Source: a bacterium
Lineage (GTDB): Bacteria; Zhuqueibacterota; Zhuqueibacteria; Oceanimicrobiales; Oceanimicrobiaceae
NCBI GenBank assembly: GCA_046758365.1
Contig: JBHIAC010000067.1
Location: forward strand, 1 to 16,980
Reading direction: 5' to 3'
Length of the DNA: 16,980 bases
Every line of letters starts with the position of its first letter. Position 1 is the first letter of the stretch. Made by a program: the position numbers and the translations under genes. Of the stretch, positions 15,137 to 16,980 are shown one piece after another. The notes under the pieces are model-generated. The model did no database searches. It was given only the letters and a program-made list of their open reading frames with translations, and had not been told where the DNA came from.

Positions 15137-16980
15137 ATGTCAAATAATAAGTACGTTTATTTTTTGGGTGATGGAAAAGCTGATGGTAGTGCAAATATGA
15201 AAAACCTATTAGGAGGCAAGGGGGCCAATTTAGCGGAAATGTCTAACTTAGGTCTTCCGGTCCCGCCAGGGTTTACAATTACTACAGAGGTTTGCACTTA
15301 CTATTATCAAAATCAAAAAAAATATCCTGAAGAATTAAAAAATCAAGTAGAAGCAGGGATTCGTAAAGTTGAAAGTATCATGGGATCGAAATTTTCAGAT
15401 CCTGAGAATCCACTGCTATTTTCAATACGGTCCGGGGCAAGACTGTCCATGCCAGGTATGATGGAAACCATATTGAATGTGGGACTGACTTCCAAAACCC
15501 TCCCTGGCATGATAAAAAAGACAAACAACGAAAGGTTTGTATACGACTCCTACCGAAGACTTATTTCCATGTACAGTGATGTGGTTATGGAAAAAGCCGC
15601 GGGTATTGAACCCGAAGAAGGCAAGGGTGTGAGGGCACAACTTGAACGTTTGCTCGAGGAAATGAAAGAAAAAAACGGCTATAAAAGTGATACCGATTTA
15701 AGCGCTGACGACCTCAAAGAACTCACCACAAGAATGAAAATTAAAGTCAAGGAAGTTTTGGGCAAAGAATTTCCTGACGATTCCTACGAGCAAATGTGGG
15801 GCGGTATTGCTGCTGTGTTTCAGTCTTGGAACGGAAAGCGAGCCGTTGCATATCGTAAAATAGAAAGTATCCCGAATGATTGGGGAACTGCAGTGAATGT
15901 TCAATCCATGGTATTTGGAAACACAGGTAATCGCTCAGCAACCGGGGTAGCATTTACGAGAGACCCAGCCACAGGTGAGAACTATTTTTATGGTGAATGG
16001 TTAATTAATGCCCAAGGCGAAGATGTGGTGGCAGGCACTAGAACGCCTTATGCTATAAACATTAGGTCTAAACGAGAAAATAACAAACAGTTCCCATCAC
16101 TTGAAGAAATAATGCCCGAGGTTTATAAAGAACTGGAAGGATATCGCGATAAGTTGGAATCTCATTATCGTGATATGCAAGATTTGGAGTTTACCATTGA
16201 AAATGGCAAACTTTTAATGCTGCAAACCAGGATAGGTAAAAGGAACGGAATTGCCGCTACTCGAATGGCTGTCGAAATGCAGAGGGAAAGATTAATCTCT
16301 AAAGAGGAAGCTCTTAAACGCGTGAAACCCTCACAATTGGATGAACTTTTACATCCTATGGTTAATCCCGCAACTGAGAAAGAAAATACCCCTATTGCAA
16401 AAGGCTTACCCGCAGGCCCTGGAGGGGCAATTGGGAAAATTGTATTTACAGCCGATTTGGCTGAACAGCTTGGTACAAAAGGTGAAAAAGTCATTCTTGT
16501 CCGAGAGGAAACCAGTCCCGAAGATGTTCACGGAATGAAACCGGCTCAAGCCATTCTGACCTCCAAAGGAGGCATGACCAGCCACGCGGCCTTGGTCGCC
16601 AGAGGTTGGGGGAAATGCTGCATCGTTGGCTGTGGCGATTTAAACATTGACCTGGAAAATAAAACAGCTACATTTAGAGATAAAATGTTGAAGCAAGGAG
16701 ACTGGGTTACCCTAAACGGCACCAAAGGTCTTGTTTATGAAGGGCAACTACCATTGGTTACTATTGACCCGGAGAGAAATGAATATTACCAACAATTATT
16801 GACTTGGGCCGATGAAATCCGAAGATTGCGGGTTCGAACTAATGCAGATACCCCGTCTGATTCGGCGATGGCGATCAAATTTGGTGCTGAGGGCATTGGC
16901 CTTTGCCGTACTGAGCACATGTTTTTTGGTGATCGCATTTGGGCCATGCGCGAGATGATTATGGCTGAAAATTTAGAGGG
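15137..16980 (+). CDS. ppdK: Pyruvate, phosphate dikinase, 5' part; runs off the window and is absent from the ORF track
   Basis: SD AAGGAG, then MSNNKYVYFLGDGKADGSANMKNLLGGKGANLAEM...PVPPGFTITT. GGMTSHAA (phospho-His codon 16583-16585) and GIGLCRTEHMFF are in the same frame. Confidence 0.96.
   Translation, partial: MSNNKYVYFLGDGKADGSANMKNLLGGKGANLAEMSNLGLPVPPGFTITTEVCTYYYQNQKKYPEELKNQVEAGIRKVESIMGSKFSDPENPLLFSIRSGARLSMPGMMETILNVGLTSKTLPGMIKKTNNERFVYDSYRRLISMYSDVVMEKAAGIEPEEGKGVRAQLERLLEEMKEKNGYKSDTDLSADDLKELTTRMKIKVKEVLGKEFPDDSYEQMWGGIAAVFQSWNGKRAVAYRKIESIPNDWGTAVNVQSMVFGNTGNRSATGVAFTRDPATGENYFYGEWLINAQGEDVVAGTRTPYAINIRSKRENNKQFPSLEEIMPEVYKELEGYRDKLESHYRDMQDLEFTIENGKLLMLQTRIGKRNGIAATRMAVEMQRERLISKEEALKRVKPSQLDELLHPMVNPATEKENTPIAKGLPAGPGGAIGKIVFTADLAEQLGTKGEKVILVREETSPEDVHGMKPAQAILTSKGGMTSHAALVARGWGKCCIVGCGDLNIDLENKTATFRDKMLKQGDWVTLNGTKGLVYEGQLPLVTIDPERNEYYQQLLTWADEIRRLRVRTNADTPSDSAMAIKFGAEGIGLCRTEHMFFGDRIWAMREMIMAENLE

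Noticed and set aside
635..16538. Short minus-strand and alternate-frame ORFs in the track (e.g. 635..910, 3756..4064, 4747..5055, 13925..14299, 16165..16494, 16341..16538)
   Set aside because: They lie on or opposite well-supported genes, including ppdK, and have no recognisable motifs. They are shadow ORFs.
1..16980. CRISPR arrays, tRNA/rRNA, IS elements, integrases or a lysine riboswitch
   Set aside because: I saw no spaced direct repeats, cloverleafs or transposase/integrase motifs. The ALDH leader is too short and AT-rich for a lysine riboswitch.

Overview
AT-rich bacterial chromosomal window in which every credible gene is on the + strand. It is mostly metabolic and housekeeping. In order: the 3' end of a Rieske [2Fe-2S] gene with a terminator; a strong sigma70-type promoter leading a 55-aa two-helix membrane protein; two tandem ADP-glucose pyrophosphorylase paralogs, the first with degenerate motifs (GlgD-like) and the second canonical GlgC; a short mannose-1-phosphate guanylyltransferase-like gene; a lysine catabolism pair (aldehyde dehydrogenase plus L-lysine 6-transaminase) separated by a decayed RelE/ParE toxin fragment missing from the ORF track; a clan AA aspartic protease; rsmI; an inositol-lipid module (CDP-alcohol phosphatidyltransferase plus inositol-3-phosphate synthase) followed by a MATE transporter; tmk; an S41 protease; and the 5' 1.8 kb of ppdK. 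I found no rRNA, tRNA, CRISPR array or intact mobile element, and no clearly new multi-gene system. The best leads are the GlgD-like paralog, the toxin pseudogene, a fourU-thermometer-like leader and the inositol lipid/MATE cluster. All calls come from motif reading only; no searches were run.
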